A stretch of DNA of 64,000 nucleotides, from the NCBI GenBank assembly GCA_951406725.2, contig OX597814.1, positions 44,640,001-44,704,000 on the forward strand. Direction: 5' to 3'. The notes beneath the pieces were generated by a model. That model was not told where the DNA came from and ran no database searches. It worked only from the letters and a program-made list of their open reading frames with translations. This document shows, in pieces, positions 30,566 through 44,741 of the stretch. Every line of letters starts with the position of its first letter. The stretch's first letter is position 1. Source of the stretch: Octopus vulgaris. Its lineage: Eukaryota. Made by a program: the position numbers and the translations under genes.

Positions 30566-30905
30566 TTAGAACATTTATAAATAGGCCTTACAGCTGTTTC
30601 CGGGATATTTATTATATCCCTTCATCGGAGTCAGTTTGAGTAAATGGTTAAGCAATAATTATTTTAGATAAGATATGCAATAGAGAGTGAAGTGGAGGAA
30701 TGAAAACAGATGTGAGATATGCAGGAATATTGCATTTGTAGATCCATTATGTAGGCATCTATTTTCATTCTTCCATTTCACTCTCTATTTTATACCTTAT
30801 CTAAATTAATTATTGCTTAACCATTTTCTCACACAGTCTCCGATGAAGGGATATAATAAATGTCCCGGAAATAGCCGTAAGACATTCTATTTATAAAAGT
30901 TCTAA
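30566..30905. repeat. Fold-back (arms ~145 bp) with a hammerhead-like motif in each arm
   Basis: Arms at 30566-30712 and 30756-30905. Plus-strand motif gucu-CCGAUGA-agggauau..auguccc-g-GAAA-uagccg-UA-agac at 30836-30883; mirror copy at ~30584-30632. Confidence 0.8.
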
Positions 30906-31003
30906 ACTTCGCATAATCACCGAACCAGGAGCTTAACTATTGTCTGTCCATAGGACTTACTAAGCATTACCTGATGCCTTTGGGTCTTGTTGACACCATT
31001 ACC

Positions 31004-31044
<41 letters not shown>

Positions 31045-31120
31045 AAATATATATATATATAAATAAATGAAAAAATAAGTCAAGATAGAAAATGCTAAAA
31101 TGATTTTATAAAGAACATTT

Positions 31121-31158
31121 CAGTACCGGTTTCAGTCATTTTGAGGCCTTTTCAACTG
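31121..31158 (-). ncRNA. Minimal hammerhead, U3-A8 variant, in a PLE pLTR relic
   Basis: cag-UUGAAAA-ggccucaaaaugacu-GAAA-CCGG-UA-cug. Confidence 0.65.
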
Positions 31159-31604
31159 TAACGATTAAATAATTAAATTTAGAAAAATTAAAAGAAAAGT
31201 TTTTTTAAAAGAATATTTGTATAGTGTTCAAATATAAGTAGCATTTTCCTTGTTTCTGCCTTTCTCTGTCTCTCTTCTTTACACTTGTGGATTCGAGGTC
31301 GTTGTGAATTCTTGATAGGAAAGAAGAAGAAGAAGAAGAAGAAGAAGAAGAAGGATGAGGAGAAGGGGGGGTAGAATTTGGGAGTGCCTTGATTGTCGTA
31401 TTTTGAGTGGTCAGTGTCGGTTAGCAGTTGCTGTTCAATTCATGAGAATATTTCTATTGAAAGGTTTGTTCATAGAATTTGCGTAGGTGTTATACTAAAA
31501 AGCTTTAGTGATAAAGATAGGAAGTAGAAGGGGAAGAAGTAGAAGAAGTAGAAGAAGAAGATGATGAGGAGGATGATGATGATGATGATTATGATGATTA
31601 TTAT

Positions 31605-31652
<48 letters not shown>

Positions 31653-34600
31653 GAACTTTCCAAGACTCCATACCAGTATCTAAGCAGCGCTCAAGTTTAT
31701 TTAGGTTATTCATGAATAAAACAAAACAAAAGCACAGTAAGCGATCCCTACAAACTATGAATTCCCAAATAATTGCCACTTTACAAGAACGAAAGACAAC
31801 CTAGCATAGTAAGACTAGGATATAAGAAATTCGCAATCGGATATAAGATATGTACATTCCGATTATCAGCTGCCCAAATGGATATCACGGTTGTTTCGAC
31901 ACCTGAGTAGCACCGTTCAATCCTGCAGTGTGCACAGTGTTAAAAATATTAATGCTGTCTGGCAATAAACAAGTGACAGCTTAAGAATAAATATTCATAA
32001 CTTGCAACTAATAAATAGTATTTCTGACAAATAACTAATTCACAAAAATACTTGCAGACAATACAACAAACATAGAAGGCTAGGTATTTTGCTTCTCAAT
32101 CAACATCACATCACGGACATGCTATCACCCCGTCCCCGAAACCAAACATGCATATATAGAAATTGCTAAAGCTCACGCATGTACCTGGAAGTAAGGAAGC
32201 AGAGAAAGTTATATATTCGGACATTGTGACGCGTATTATGATTAACATTATATAGTATCATTAGAAAAGGAAATTGTTGGTTGCCTATTCAGTCACTGAT
32301 ACGAGCACTTAGATATATGTCATTTTAAAATGTTGTGTTCAACATAAAATAAGAATACACACCTCTAAAAATGCTATGCATGCATCGACAATCCATGTAA
32401 ATACTCTGAAATTACACAGCCATCCATCTTAAAAAGGCTTGGAAACATAAATGTGAAATAGAAAATAGTGGTAATTTTCTGGTTCAGTTATTATGAGTGA
32501 TGCAACATGTCAAGAATTAAATTGCTTCTGCATCATACTGCAGATATCACAAAATTTGTGTAATATGTAATGTATCTATGGGTAGAGTTTTGACAATGGG
32601 TTATTATCAATAATTTTCTTTTTACGCATATATGTATGCATGCATGTATGTATAAATATATGTATGTTTGTGTATATCTGTGTGCTTATGTGCATAGGGA
32701 ATATACATGTTTGTTCAGTTTTAAAATGTATTTAAGTACTGAAGAATGGTAAAGCATTTAAATATACTTTTGCATAACATATCAATGATAATATCGATAT
32801 TGGTTATCGATAATATAACTCAGATTTGATAAAACATATATACCCATGTTACACAATCAAACGGTAAAAATATACCAGGAATGGTCAATATTCTTTCCAC
32901 CTATCCAGTATATAATGAACATTATACTTAGTTTATTGGTTCTTGAGAAAGTTAGTATGATATTTGTTATAAATTCTATGATATAACAGGTTAAGTAAGG
33001 ATTTGACAGAGTATTTTTTACATACCCACCAGAGAGATATTAATATATATGAATAACTAAAAACCACGTAGATATATGGTTATCAAAAAAATTATACTTG
33101 GATATTACTTTATTCTTGAATATCATTTTGTAAGTCTAATACTGAGTAATGTGAGAAAGTTCCGTATTCAAGACCACTATTATATCACTGCAAATTGACA
33201 ATGTGCACCATGGGCTTTGAATCACGATCACCACAACTACTCAACTTTTCTCTGTTCTATCAGTAAATATACTACACTGAGGAGGAAACTAATTCGAATG
33301 CTACCTCGAGCAATATTTTTTACGTCAGTAGTTATGATTGCTATTTTATTTTTAATACTAATCTAAATGGAGAAATGCATGATCATTAAAAAAAAATGTC
33401 AAATCAAAATTTACTAAAATTATTCCATCCTTCAATTTGACAAAGAATATTATTTTATTACCATTACATTTAGGCTCAGCCTCTCATCCATTGCTGGTTT
33501 ATTGCCCACTAAAGGGTAATAAAATCTATTTTCTATGTCGAATGATACGAAGCTGAGCCCATTATAAAAATATAGCTAAAGTGCCCATAAAATTAAGAAA
33601 TTTCCAACTATATCTATCCTTTGTGACTAAGAAGATATGACGAAAGAAATAGAATACAAAATTAATTTTAAAAAGAATACAGCTATGCAACATATCTACT
33701 ACGAATACATAAAACATAAGCATTCTTATAATAGCTTTGAAAACTATTCAAACATATCTTTTGATTATGCTGCAAGTTGTATAAATAAATACACTCAAGC
33801 AACTTAATAAATTGTTGAAACATTTTGAAACATTTTACTAATGCCACCTATTGAAGTGGGAGCGATATTGACTTTTTAGGCAGTGAACAAAACTTTTTAA
33901 TTAGACCCTGGTCATTTTCTATGCAATGTAATAAAGCCGAATAATCGATTAATTGTAATTGAAAACACTACTGTTTTTTTTCATTTTTACGTTTCACAAA
34001 TTAATGAAAGGAGCAGACGGTAATGATTAGATTAGAAGTAAGAATGGCAGTGGATCGATACCGTATATTACTAAGTCCAACTTATCAACCAACTGCCAAT
34101 ATTGGAACTAACTAGATACATACAATTGCACGTATAAACATAAATATGCGGTTATTTATGTGATGCGACAAAAAGTTGTATGTAGGTAATAAACAAATTT
34201 ACGTTTGTTGAGAAGTGCCATAATTTATAATAAGTTGCGTCATTTTATATGATTAACATTATTCATAAATAATCGATCAGCTAATCCGAAGCCCAGGTAA
34301 ATGTTACTGGTATGAACACATGACGTTTATAAGGGTACATCACTGAATTTCAACAGTCCCTAACTCTTCATTCGAGTAGCTTGCATATTTAAACTAGGCA
34401 GATAAGACTCTTTTTTCATATAAGTAGACCTGATGAGTAGCCAGTGAAGTACCCCTCGTTGAGTAATTATACTTCCGAGGTTCAGTTACTAGGAAGCTTA
34501 TGTAGCCTGGATTTTACCTGCTCCATTCCCTAAATTTGAATTTTTATTCGCATACATGGTAACCCTAGTTGCTAACCGTGAACTATAAAACAATATTTTT

Positions 34601-35458
34601 CAGCTTTCCGAAGTTTGATGTGGGAAAATTCTACAACCCTAGACCTTAAACTGTCTACCCACATACAATATTTTGCACTATAAATACACAGAGTGCTGAA
34701 TCGAGGAAAGCAAGCGAGCAGAAATTTTTTAATTCGTTATTCGCGAATCGGACAGATTTCTGGATTAATCCTCAAGGCCTAAAAACTGATTTCTGGGGGA
34801 CCTTCTGTCTACTGTATTTTTCCGTGTGTTAGTCTTTCCCCCATTGGTATATATATATATATATATATATAAGTCTCTGTGGAGACTTATTTTGTAGTAA
34901 AAGGAAATAGTGGTCCTTTGGCTGCTATTTCTAATATTTTCGGTATGTGGTTTAAGCAACTTGTTGCAAAAAACCCTCTCAATTTGTATATATGTATATG
35001 TATGTATATATATATAAACAGCTAGGCGTAAAGTGATACCATAAAGGAAACATTCAATCATCATTAAGTGTCCCTAGAAATGAGTTAAAATACTGTTAAT
35101 GGTGTATGAAGAGCGCAGATATGTGCTGACAGGGGAGCCAAAAGCTCCCTACCGACTCAAAACTCCTCAGACTAGACGTGTAATTTCGTGTATTCCGTAC
35201 ATCTCTTTAGTGAGGGCTATGCGAACGGCACATATTCGGTTAATTAGTCCCATCAGCATATATGTATCTACGATAAAAGTTTATGGATGATTTACCAGAA
35301 TGCTAATGCGTATAAAAGAAATTAATTTAAGCAGTTAAGCGCAATGTAATAATATAAAGGAAAAATTCAATCTTCACTAAGTGTGATTTAAGGTCCCGAC
35401 GCGACTACATTGAGTTAAAATACTCTTAATGTTGTAGAAAGAGTGCAGATATATGCAA

Positions 35459-35541
<83 letters not shown>

Positions 35542-35661
35542 TGTGTGTGTATCTATCAGTATGTGTGTATATATATGTATATATATATGTGTGTATGTAT
35601 CTATATATGTATGTATATGTATATATACGTATGTACATAAATATATATATATATATGTATC

Positions 35662-35694
<33 letters not shown>

Positions 35695-36964
35695 CTATCT
35701 ATATATATATATACTACATGTGGAAAATCGGTGTGTTTTGTGGCGTTGTTAGCTAAATCCTACAACATCGTTTTATTGATTTTGATGACAGTTGACACGT
35801 GAGTAGAACTCATGTCTGGAAACATTGTGGACCCTTCTATCTACTACATATTACTAATATTTTATTTAAACAATCCAAGGTAAATAATCCATACCACCTG
35901 CAGCTTTTAGCGAAGCGATCAATATTTCATTCTCACGATCAGCCGACCTAATGCTGAATTTCACTGCTCCCAGTTTTGCACTACTAAACATTATTATTGC
36001 ACTTCCTTCATTTATATTTTAAACATTAAAGACTTCATTCATACATTTCTATACATACATACTTTTTTAAATGCCCAACACTCCTATAATTCTGCATTTT
36101 TACAGTTACACTTTTTCAATGACTGCAGATAATTTTTTTTTAATTCCACAACGTGTTTGTTGTGGCTCTATGCAGGCATAGCGTGGATTCGATACTCGAT
36201 TGCCAAATTTCACTTAACACTTCTACAGCGATTTTCTTACGGTAAAACAATAGTTTTCTGTGACTGACAGCAGTTATACATTTCCCAAATACCTTCGCTA
36301 AGCAGAATAATGTTTTTTCCCCTCGCCAACCTCCGACAACCTGTCTCACCAACCTCCGACAATCTTTGTCGCCAACCTCCAAAATCTCTCCCTCCTCCAG
36401 CTGACAGTATTTTGTACTTTTTCGTGACGGAAAATACACCTTTTGTGGAAGTTATAACAAAATTGCTTTCTTATATCAGAGTGATAAGGCGTTTCAATAG
36501 AACATCTTTACCCCCGGGAATTACCGGGTACTCCAGATAGTATATACATATATAAATATATACCTATGTTTGTTTGCATGTATGCATTATAAAATTCGTT
36601 TTCATTGGAACTTTAGCACAACTTACACAACCCATCTAATTGCATAACCCATAAGAAGAAATTTAAACTCCCAGTCACAACATGTCATAATAAATTTGAC
36701 TCTCCATTTAGTATTTGAACCTTCTTATAAGTAAATTTCTATCAAAATAAACGCGCGGCGCTCAAATACACACAAGCATGCGTATGTATATGTATGTGTA
36801 TATTTGTGTTGTGTGCGTGCGTGTGTGTGTGCGTGTGTGTGTGTGTGCGCGTGTAAAGATACAAAAGGGGAGACAGCATGTGATGATTTTTTGCTACTAC
36901 TGAAATACTTCATAGAATTATAATCTTTTAAGAAAGGGATGCCATCACAAAGTTAATGTATTTA

Positions 36965-38218
36965 TATTGGGTCATCCCGTAAACGATGCAGTTTTCTCAA
37001 TTGCATGAACTAAAAGTCGGTGGGGGATGAGATAACCTACCTGTATCAACTTGCTATAAAATCAGGTAGTAATTTTACCTTGGTTTTAATCTTAGTGCAA
37101 GGTTTGAAGAGTGAAGTTCGATTTTAAAAGTTATTTTTTCAAAGCTATAATGGAAGTGACAAAGGAACATATTCGGCATATTTTCTTTTATGTGTTTGAT
37201 AAAGACAACAACGCAACCGAAAGTGCGAGGAATATCAATGCTGTATATGGAGTGTTAGACAATATGCGTAAGTCAGTGACAATGGTGGTTCCAGAAATTT
37301 CGAGCCGGAAACTACAGCCTAGAAAATGAGCTTTGTCCTGGAAGATCTATAGAGCTCGACGAGGGCGTCCTGCAAACTCTGGTGGAACAAAATCCCATCG
37401 TAACTGTTGAGGAACTATCAGATTTGGTCATTCAATCATTAATCGACACTTATGTGCCATCGGAAAAATCAGCAAATTTGTGCAATGGATTCCTCACAAA
37501 CCTACCCAGTCTAATCGCACGCAGGGAGTGAATGTGTGCTCTTCTTGAGTGTCACGTCTCAAGAATGAACCTTTTTTTAACTGAATAGTGACTGAGGACG
37601 AGAATTAGATCCTCAAGCGCCGAAGACAATGGATAGGGAAAGGAGAAACACCAGCATTCCAAGCTAAAACAAGGTCTTCCCCCACGTAAGATGTTGTTAT
37701 CTCTTTGGTGAGATATAAAGAGTTTATTCCACTTTGAACATGTAAACCCATACCAAACAATAACAAAGGAGATCTACTGCGAGAAGCTTGAGCGGCTTAA
37801 GTCAGTGCTAGAAGAAAAACGACCATCTTTGATTTTAAGACACTTCGTTTTCATCCATCAGGTAAATGCTCGGCCATATACAGCGAGAATGACATTCCAA
37901 AGGCTGGAGCAGTTTGAATGGGAAACGATGCCCCACCCACTATCTTTGCCGGACATTGCCCCATCTGATTATTATTTATTTTACAGTCTTGAAAATCATT
38001 TGTATGGAAAAAAATATGGATTCTGTAGATGAGGTCAAAACAGTACTGGAAGAGTATTCTTCGTCACGGACAAGAGAATTTTCGAAGAGGCGCCTTGCAA
38101 GATGGAAGAGCATTGTAGAAAATGCAAAGTATACTTTAGATTAACAGGAACTTTGTTTATTTTAATTTTGAAAAAAAAAGAAGTATAGAAAATGTATTAT
38201 TTATGGGATGACCCAATA
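36965..38218 (+). mobile_element. DD34D mariner transposon, full length with TIRs, pseudogenised
   Basis: TIR TATTGGGTCATCCC / GGGATGACCCAATA in TA context. Motifs WIPHK, IVTEDE, HQVNARPYT and PDIAPSDYYLF. Confidence 0.92.
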
Positions 38219-39729
38219 TATAATTCATTGAGATTATTCACTAAGTGTTTGAATTAATTGTTATTTTTATTTGATTTTGACCTCTTTAAATTGAGAAGGC
38301 GTTTTGTAATGATATTAGACATTTGTAATGTGTTATTCTGTAGACGTCCGGAAGATTTAATCAGACAAAGAAATATATGATTGCTCTGGGGAATTTTCAT
38401 GTGAAATAGAATAAATAGCATGTGAAAATTGTAACATTAACGCTTGATATAATATCACGTTTTACTTGAAAATCGTATATATGTCATTTAATGCTACAGA
38501 TATCAAACTGTCTGACAGCATTACTGAATATTTGAGCTTTCATTTCATAAAGACAATCAAAGTGTGAATTTAATGTCAGCCAGGTAATTTAATGCTAGAC
38601 GTTCTCACATGTGTACATGCACAATTTAAGCACTGCGAATATTCAAAATATGATTCAGACACAATGATATAAATTGAATTCATTGTCTATAATAGAAAGA
38701 AAACAACCTAGAGATATTTTCCTCATTACAATCTAAATACATTATAGATTTCTTTTGGCACATGACTAAACTGTTTTAGTGTAGGGCATATGATCATTAG
38801 AATTATTACTTGCTTCACCGATTCTAGAATGATTATTTGAAACATAAATACAGACTTCATCAGACTGTGATGCAACACATCTAAGAGCTGCAAGGCATAT
38901 ATTCAATCCTAGAATTCTAACATTACTGCCAACACGTCGATATCAATAGATCTAACATTTATGCTTTAATAGTTAAAGGGAACTGGCCAATTGAATATAG
39001 TGATGAGCTATCAGCTATAGCATCGTGATTTTGAGTGTGCGGCCGACGTTTTATTGTATTTATTAAAGATTTCTTAAATTCACCGTGCTTCAGATGACCT
39101 ATCAGTTGATACACACTTCTGTATATTGAGAGAATATTTCTTTGGCTTCAATTCTAACAAGATTATCAAAAGATGACTACTCTACTGGTTATTTCTCTAC
39201 ATTATTCTGCATTTGAATTAATTGAGAAACGATCAGCGTTTATCTTCGACTCCATGTCATTACTTTTCAGCTGTTATCTATAATATTATTCTGCTTAGTA
39301 ACTGCGTATCTTACGTGCTTAAATGATAGCTGAAATGAAAAGCAAAAAAAGAAGAGAAGTGTGTGAATAGAAAGGAACGTACTAGAGGTGAAAGTTAGGA
39401 GAAAGCAAACAATATTAATTATGCGGTTAAGATATTACTTGAAAGGAGAAGCACAAACAGAGAAAGAGAAGGGTTTCGAAAGAGAGAAAGTAGATAGAGA
39501 TAGAGGTAAGGATACGTTATTTAAAAACATACAATCAAACATGTAATACGCGGGGGAACGCAGTACATGTTAAATTTGTGGTGATGTTATCGCTAAGGAT
39601 ATTGACTAATGAAGCGGAGGTTGCGTGGTTACGGGAATTATGAGAACAGTGATGAATGTAGTAATTCTATTGTACTATACTATTTTTTAAATCGTCACTC
39701 ATGCGCTATATAGCAATTAAGTGTCGTCT

Positions 39730-40810
39730 ACTAAGCCAACAATTACAGGTATGTTTGACACTAATATTGACTATAGCAGCACTCATTTCCTGAAGGGAAA
39801 CACAGCAAGCTCTGCATCCTCTACTCCCAATTCCTCCGTCTACGCAGGCTCTGCAATGAAAACCATGACTTTGATACTCCGTCTCAACTCATGGCTCGCC
39901 ATTTCCTCTTACGTGGATATCCCCTCACCACTATCCACACCGCACTTGCCGTCACTCGTCTCCCGTTTCCCCTCACCTACCATCCCTACCAGTCATTCTT
40001 TACAACACCTGCCTGTGTTCGGATTGTCCTTGCACAAGGGACATCCGGACACCCGTCTTTGCCGTGAGTAGAGATTAACCTTCTCTTCACTCCTTTGCCT
40101 CACATGGGCTCAACTCTCTTCCTCTCTTCCTCTCACACCTACTTACTCCCAACCACATTTCTCTTGCTCTAGCACATACTTCCTCTCTTGACTCCTACCT
40201 ACCTGGTCCCTTCCACCCTCTCCAATCATAGTCACCCCTCCCTCGTTAACCCACCCCTAGACAGTCAAACCTCACCATCCCTATACAACAATTACCACCC
40301 ACCCCATTAGACACCACCCTTGCTTCCCCACTCTCGCCTCACCCCTAACACAACACCACCACACAACACCCCACACCACACCCTACACCACATACTACCA
40401 CAGTATACAACAAGACACCACACCACCCCGCACACACTAGCACTGACCACTTCCCAGCACCGACACCATCATCCACACACATGCACACGCCAATGTCACC
40501 AGCGCCCTTCCATATGCACATACACGCTATCACATACACACGCACGTGCACCTTCGTTTTGTTGTCAACATTATTATCTCCCTCTTTTCCTAGCTCTCCT
40601 ATGTGACCCTTCAGTCCGGCATTCGCCATGATAGATCGCTAGCCACTAAACCTTTTTCTATTTTATGTCCCTGTTTATTTCTGTGTTCCTTTCTGTCGAA
40701 GAGCATAGGCTCGAAACGTAAAATACTTTCTCACTTCCCGAACGTTAAACTAATACATCTGTTTGTTATTTACACACCCGTCTTCGTCTTTTGCTTTTTT
40801 TTTTGTAAAT
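39730..40810 (+). mobile_element. PLE, internally deleted, with CA-rich 3' region and pLTR
   Basis: YSQFLRLRRLC (RT thumb), PLTYHP and GLSLHKGHPDTRLCRE; same family as 57805-59710. Confidence 0.8.
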
Positions 40811-40812
40811 TC

Positions 40813-40854
<42 letters not shown>

Positions 40855-41802
40855 CATATATACATCGAAGAGAAATCGACTGGCTAATTTGTACATCACA
40901 ATTTCAATCTATGAGTGGAACAGTAAAATATGTAAGACTTTCCTCAAGTTCCAAATGGGAATTTGTATGTTAACAACATCCCAGAGATGGAGCCTTATAT
41001 CTTTCTTGGAAACCGGTTCCCTCCTCAGTGGAAGATTTATGATAATTAGAAAAATAGAAGAGACATACATACATAGAGGGGCTTGCTTCCAAGCAGATTC
41101 TGCCTACTGCATTTCATCTAAAGCGTTAATCAACCTGAGACTATAATAAAAATATTTTACCAGAGTTGTACACAGTATGGCCATATCTAGAACCACATAG
41201 CCTCGAATCGTATCATTTGTTTATACACCTATGCCTGAACCAATATTATAAATATGAGCTTCATAATCGACACTTTAGTGAATCAGCTACTATAATATAT
41301 TCCACGGATTCATGTCTATTTATATGAACTTTGCTATGATATCAAAGTTATGACGTAAGGATATGATATTTGTTAATGCTTTACGAGTGCAATCGTAGTC
41401 AGAGCATAATATTAGCATAATGCAATTGTTTACTGTTAGACGTAAATGAAAAATAATAGATTACAGCTCGTAAGGTGACAAGTGTATAACACAATATATA
41501 GTTTTCAAAATTGTTTTCTCCTATGACTGTATTTTTAACACTGCGTATGAGAACTATGACACCATCTCAAGAATTAACTGCTTCGAAAACTGAATGCACT
41601 ATGAAAATAAGTTATATATTACAATAGTTGTTTATAAACTTCCCATCATCTAACCGTAGAATTTCCACGACTACGGCTATTATCTAAATGATTAATCCAT
41701 CAATCGTTTTCTCAGGAGATTCTTCCTTAGAACGTATGCTTTACCTCGTGTTCCTCACTTCTACTCTTTCAATTCTCTATTCTATATCATTACTACCATT
41801 TT

Positions 41803-41831
41803 AAGTAGTAGTAGTGGTGATGGTGGTGGTG

Positions 41832-41875
<44 letters not shown>

Positions 41876-41977
41876 GGTGGTGGTGGTGGTGGTGGTGGTG
41901 GTGGTGGTGGTGGTGGTGGTGGTGGTGGTGGTGGTGGTGGTGGTGGTGGTGGTGTTTTTCGTCGTCGCCGTCTTGCT

Positions 41978-42008
<31 letters not shown>

Positions 42009-42010
42009 TT
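41803..42010. repeat. (GGT)n/(AGT)n microsatellite
   Basis: Read directly from sequence. Confidence 0.95.
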
Positions 42011-42359
42011 GCTGGTAGCAGTTGTTTATCTGATAGTTCTTGTTGCAGTGGAGTAGGCAGTGGTGATGTTCGCGGTAGTATTTCTTTCATTCGTTCTGAA
42101 GACAACGAAGAGTAAATTATACCCCTTTCTGTATCTACGTTTTAACTTTCTTTCTCCAAAAGCACCCGCACTCACACACGCATATCTATAAACATACATG
42201 CAGGTGCGCGTGTACGACACATCATTCTATTGAAAATATTATTTATGTAACGCACGTACTCCTTAATTTTTTACCCATTTGTAGAAATATTTTTGGAATA
42301 CATTTGTGCCTCTCTGTCTATTTCCTTTACTTTGTTTTCTCTTATTTTTTTTGTCTCTG

Positions 42360-42422
<63 letters not shown>

Positions 42423-42739
42423 GTCTTCCCACTATCACGTGACCCGTGACGACCTAAGGCGGTTTCATTCTTTTTCACGTTGCCTTCGTCCGAAGTGGTC
42501 ACGATTTTCTGTTCCCCTCGCTCTACCCCTCCCGTGTCTATAGTCTTTTAGATTTGGCTTCTCCTTCACCTTACCCACTTTTGTCATGTCTTTCAGCTCC
42601 AAAGCTTTTTTTTTTTTGCATATGTATTATTATATTATTAACAGTTGTCTTTGTCTGCTTCTAAACCTTTAGTTTGCCCCTCGTCCGACCAATAACGGTT
42701 TCATTCCGAGCCTTTATCATTTTGTTATGTTTCGGTCAT

Positions 42740-42948
42740 ATAGCTAGCTAGAGGCGATGGCCTCTTGGAGCTAATCAACGGCAGCTTTAGTCTTATATGT
42801 ATGGACTGTCATATTAGCTTGGCAATAACTGTTAATTTCCAGTACCGCTGCCGTAGTCTACTTTAGAGAGACTTAGAAATTTTAATATTTCTATTTTTGA
42901 AAACCAGTGGATGTATTCCACTGAAATTTGGTAAATAATCCTTAGCGA

Positions 42949-42952
<4 letters not shown>
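42740..42952 (+). mobile_element. Diverged copy of the 363-bp retrozyme-like unit
   Basis: aggcgatggcctc..ggagctaat..ctgccgt..tttagagagacttag..gtggatgtattcca aligns with 62056-62222. Confidence 0.8.
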
Positions 42953-43011
<59 letters not shown>

Positions 43012-43117
43012 TTTTATGCATATAGATATAGATCTATATATATATATATATATATATGCTTTTATGTATATAGATATATATATTTATATGTATACATGTG
43101 TATATAGATGTGTGTGT

Positions 43118-43330
43118 GTGTATTTGCGTGTCCGTGTTTGTTCCCCCACCCATCCCACCCATCACTTGACTACCAATGTTCGTGTGTTTACATCTCCATA
43201 TCTTAGCCGTTTGCAAAACACACCGATAGAATAGGTACTATGCGTACGAAAAATAAATCCTGTTTTCAATGTCTATGATTAAAGGTGATGCATGGCCGCA
43301 GTCACATGACCGAAGCAAGTAAAACAATAA
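43118..43330 (+). mobile_element. SINE family A 3' half, diverged
   Basis: ccgatagaata...catggccgcagtcacatgaccgaagcaagtaaaa. Confidence 0.7.
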
Positions 43331-43511
43331 AAATTTATGCTATTTTAATCCCGAGCATTCCCGGATATCTCTGCTAGTATACATATGTATATTTATATAT
43401 ATATATATAACTAAAAATAAGGGTGTCTGAGAGACACAACCATGCCGAAATAGCAGTCAAAACCCTGACTCTAAGAACCACGTTAAATGTTCATATGTGC
43501 CTATCTGATTT

Positions 43512-43569
43512 ATTCAACTGATGAGGCAAAATTTATTTAAAGCAAAGCTAGAAATCCAGGATCTTGAAT
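43512..43569 (+). ncRNA. Type I hammerhead ribozyme
   Basis: auucaa-CUGAUGA-ggc..gcu-a-GAAA-UCCAGGA-UC-uugaau. Confidence 0.8.
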
Positions 43570-43984
43570 TATTCAGTAATATTTTTTTGCTAGTCTATTT
43601 TGTCTCTCTGTCTTATCTCATGGTGCGATATGAACATTTAGCGTGGTTCTTAGAGTCAGGGTTTTGACTGCTATTTCGGCACGGTGGTGTCTCTCAGACG
43701 CCCTTATTTTTAGTTGTAAAAAAATTATTACGTTTGTATGGTATTTTTCCCATGCTGGCCACTTGATAATATCGATATTTAAATATCGATATTATCCTTA
43801 TTTATAAATTTATATATATATATATATATAAATTATTGAAATCATAAATTATGGTATCTATGAGATACCACCATGCTGAAAATAGCAGCCATGATCTGAC
43901 TCTAAAACCACCTTAATTGTCCATATCACAAACTCGGAGTGAAAGCAAAGAGGCAAGATGAAGCTAGTAAAAAAATACTGGATA

Positions 43985-44043
43985 ATTCTTGATCCCGGAT
44001 TTCTGACTTTGCATTTAGGAATGCTTTGCCTCGTCAGTAGAAT
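43985..44043 (-). ncRNA. Type I hammerhead ribozyme, paralogue of 43512
   Basis: auucua-CUGACGA-ggc..guc-a-GAAA-UCCGGGA-UC-aagaau. Confidence 0.75.
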
Positions 44044-44441
44044 ACACACAGAACAGAAACATAAATACATATATATATATATCTAAATACAACATACGAG
44101 TACTTACGTATACGAACGTATACATACATATATATGCACGTATGCATCATGGCCAGTTCAAAATGCCCGCCGTTTAATTCCATGTGACATATGGTTAAAA
44201 TATCACCGCAGTAAATACAGTGAAGAGATAAATTAAAATTTTTATAAATAAGGATAAGATTGTTAATTTAAAATAAAATAACGATTTTATCAAGTGGCCA
44301 GCATGGAAAAAATAACCTTCAAAAGTAATAATTATTAAAATTATAAATTAGGGTATCTACGAGATACCACCATATATATAGTACATATATATATAGTACA
44401 TATGTAATTTTCTCCGTTTATCTACTTTTCATTTCATCCCG

Positions 44442-44513
<72 letters not shown>

Positions 44514-44520
44514 TATACAT

Positions 44521-44700
44521 AGGCGCAGGCGTGGCTGTGTGATAAGAAACTTCCTTCCCAATTACATGGTTCTGAGTTCAGTTTAACTGCGTGATAACTT
44601 CAGCAGGTGTCTTCTGCTATAGCCTCGGGACGACCGAATCCTTGTGAGTAAATTAGGTAGACGGAATCTGGAAGAAGCCTATTATATATATATAGATATA

Positions 44701-44741
<41 letters not shown>

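Larger units (their letters stand above)
43408..44372. mobile_element. Cluster of inverted copies of an HHR-bearing repeat among (TA)n tracts
   Basis: Inverted arms at 43408-43500 and 43622-43715. 43690-43810 is the reverse complement of 44241-44372. Related copy at 43850-44045. Confidence 0.75.

Noticed and set aside
41782-42105. Polyproline ORF resembling a formin or extensin
   Set aside because: It is a (GGT)n microsatellite with no flanking domain
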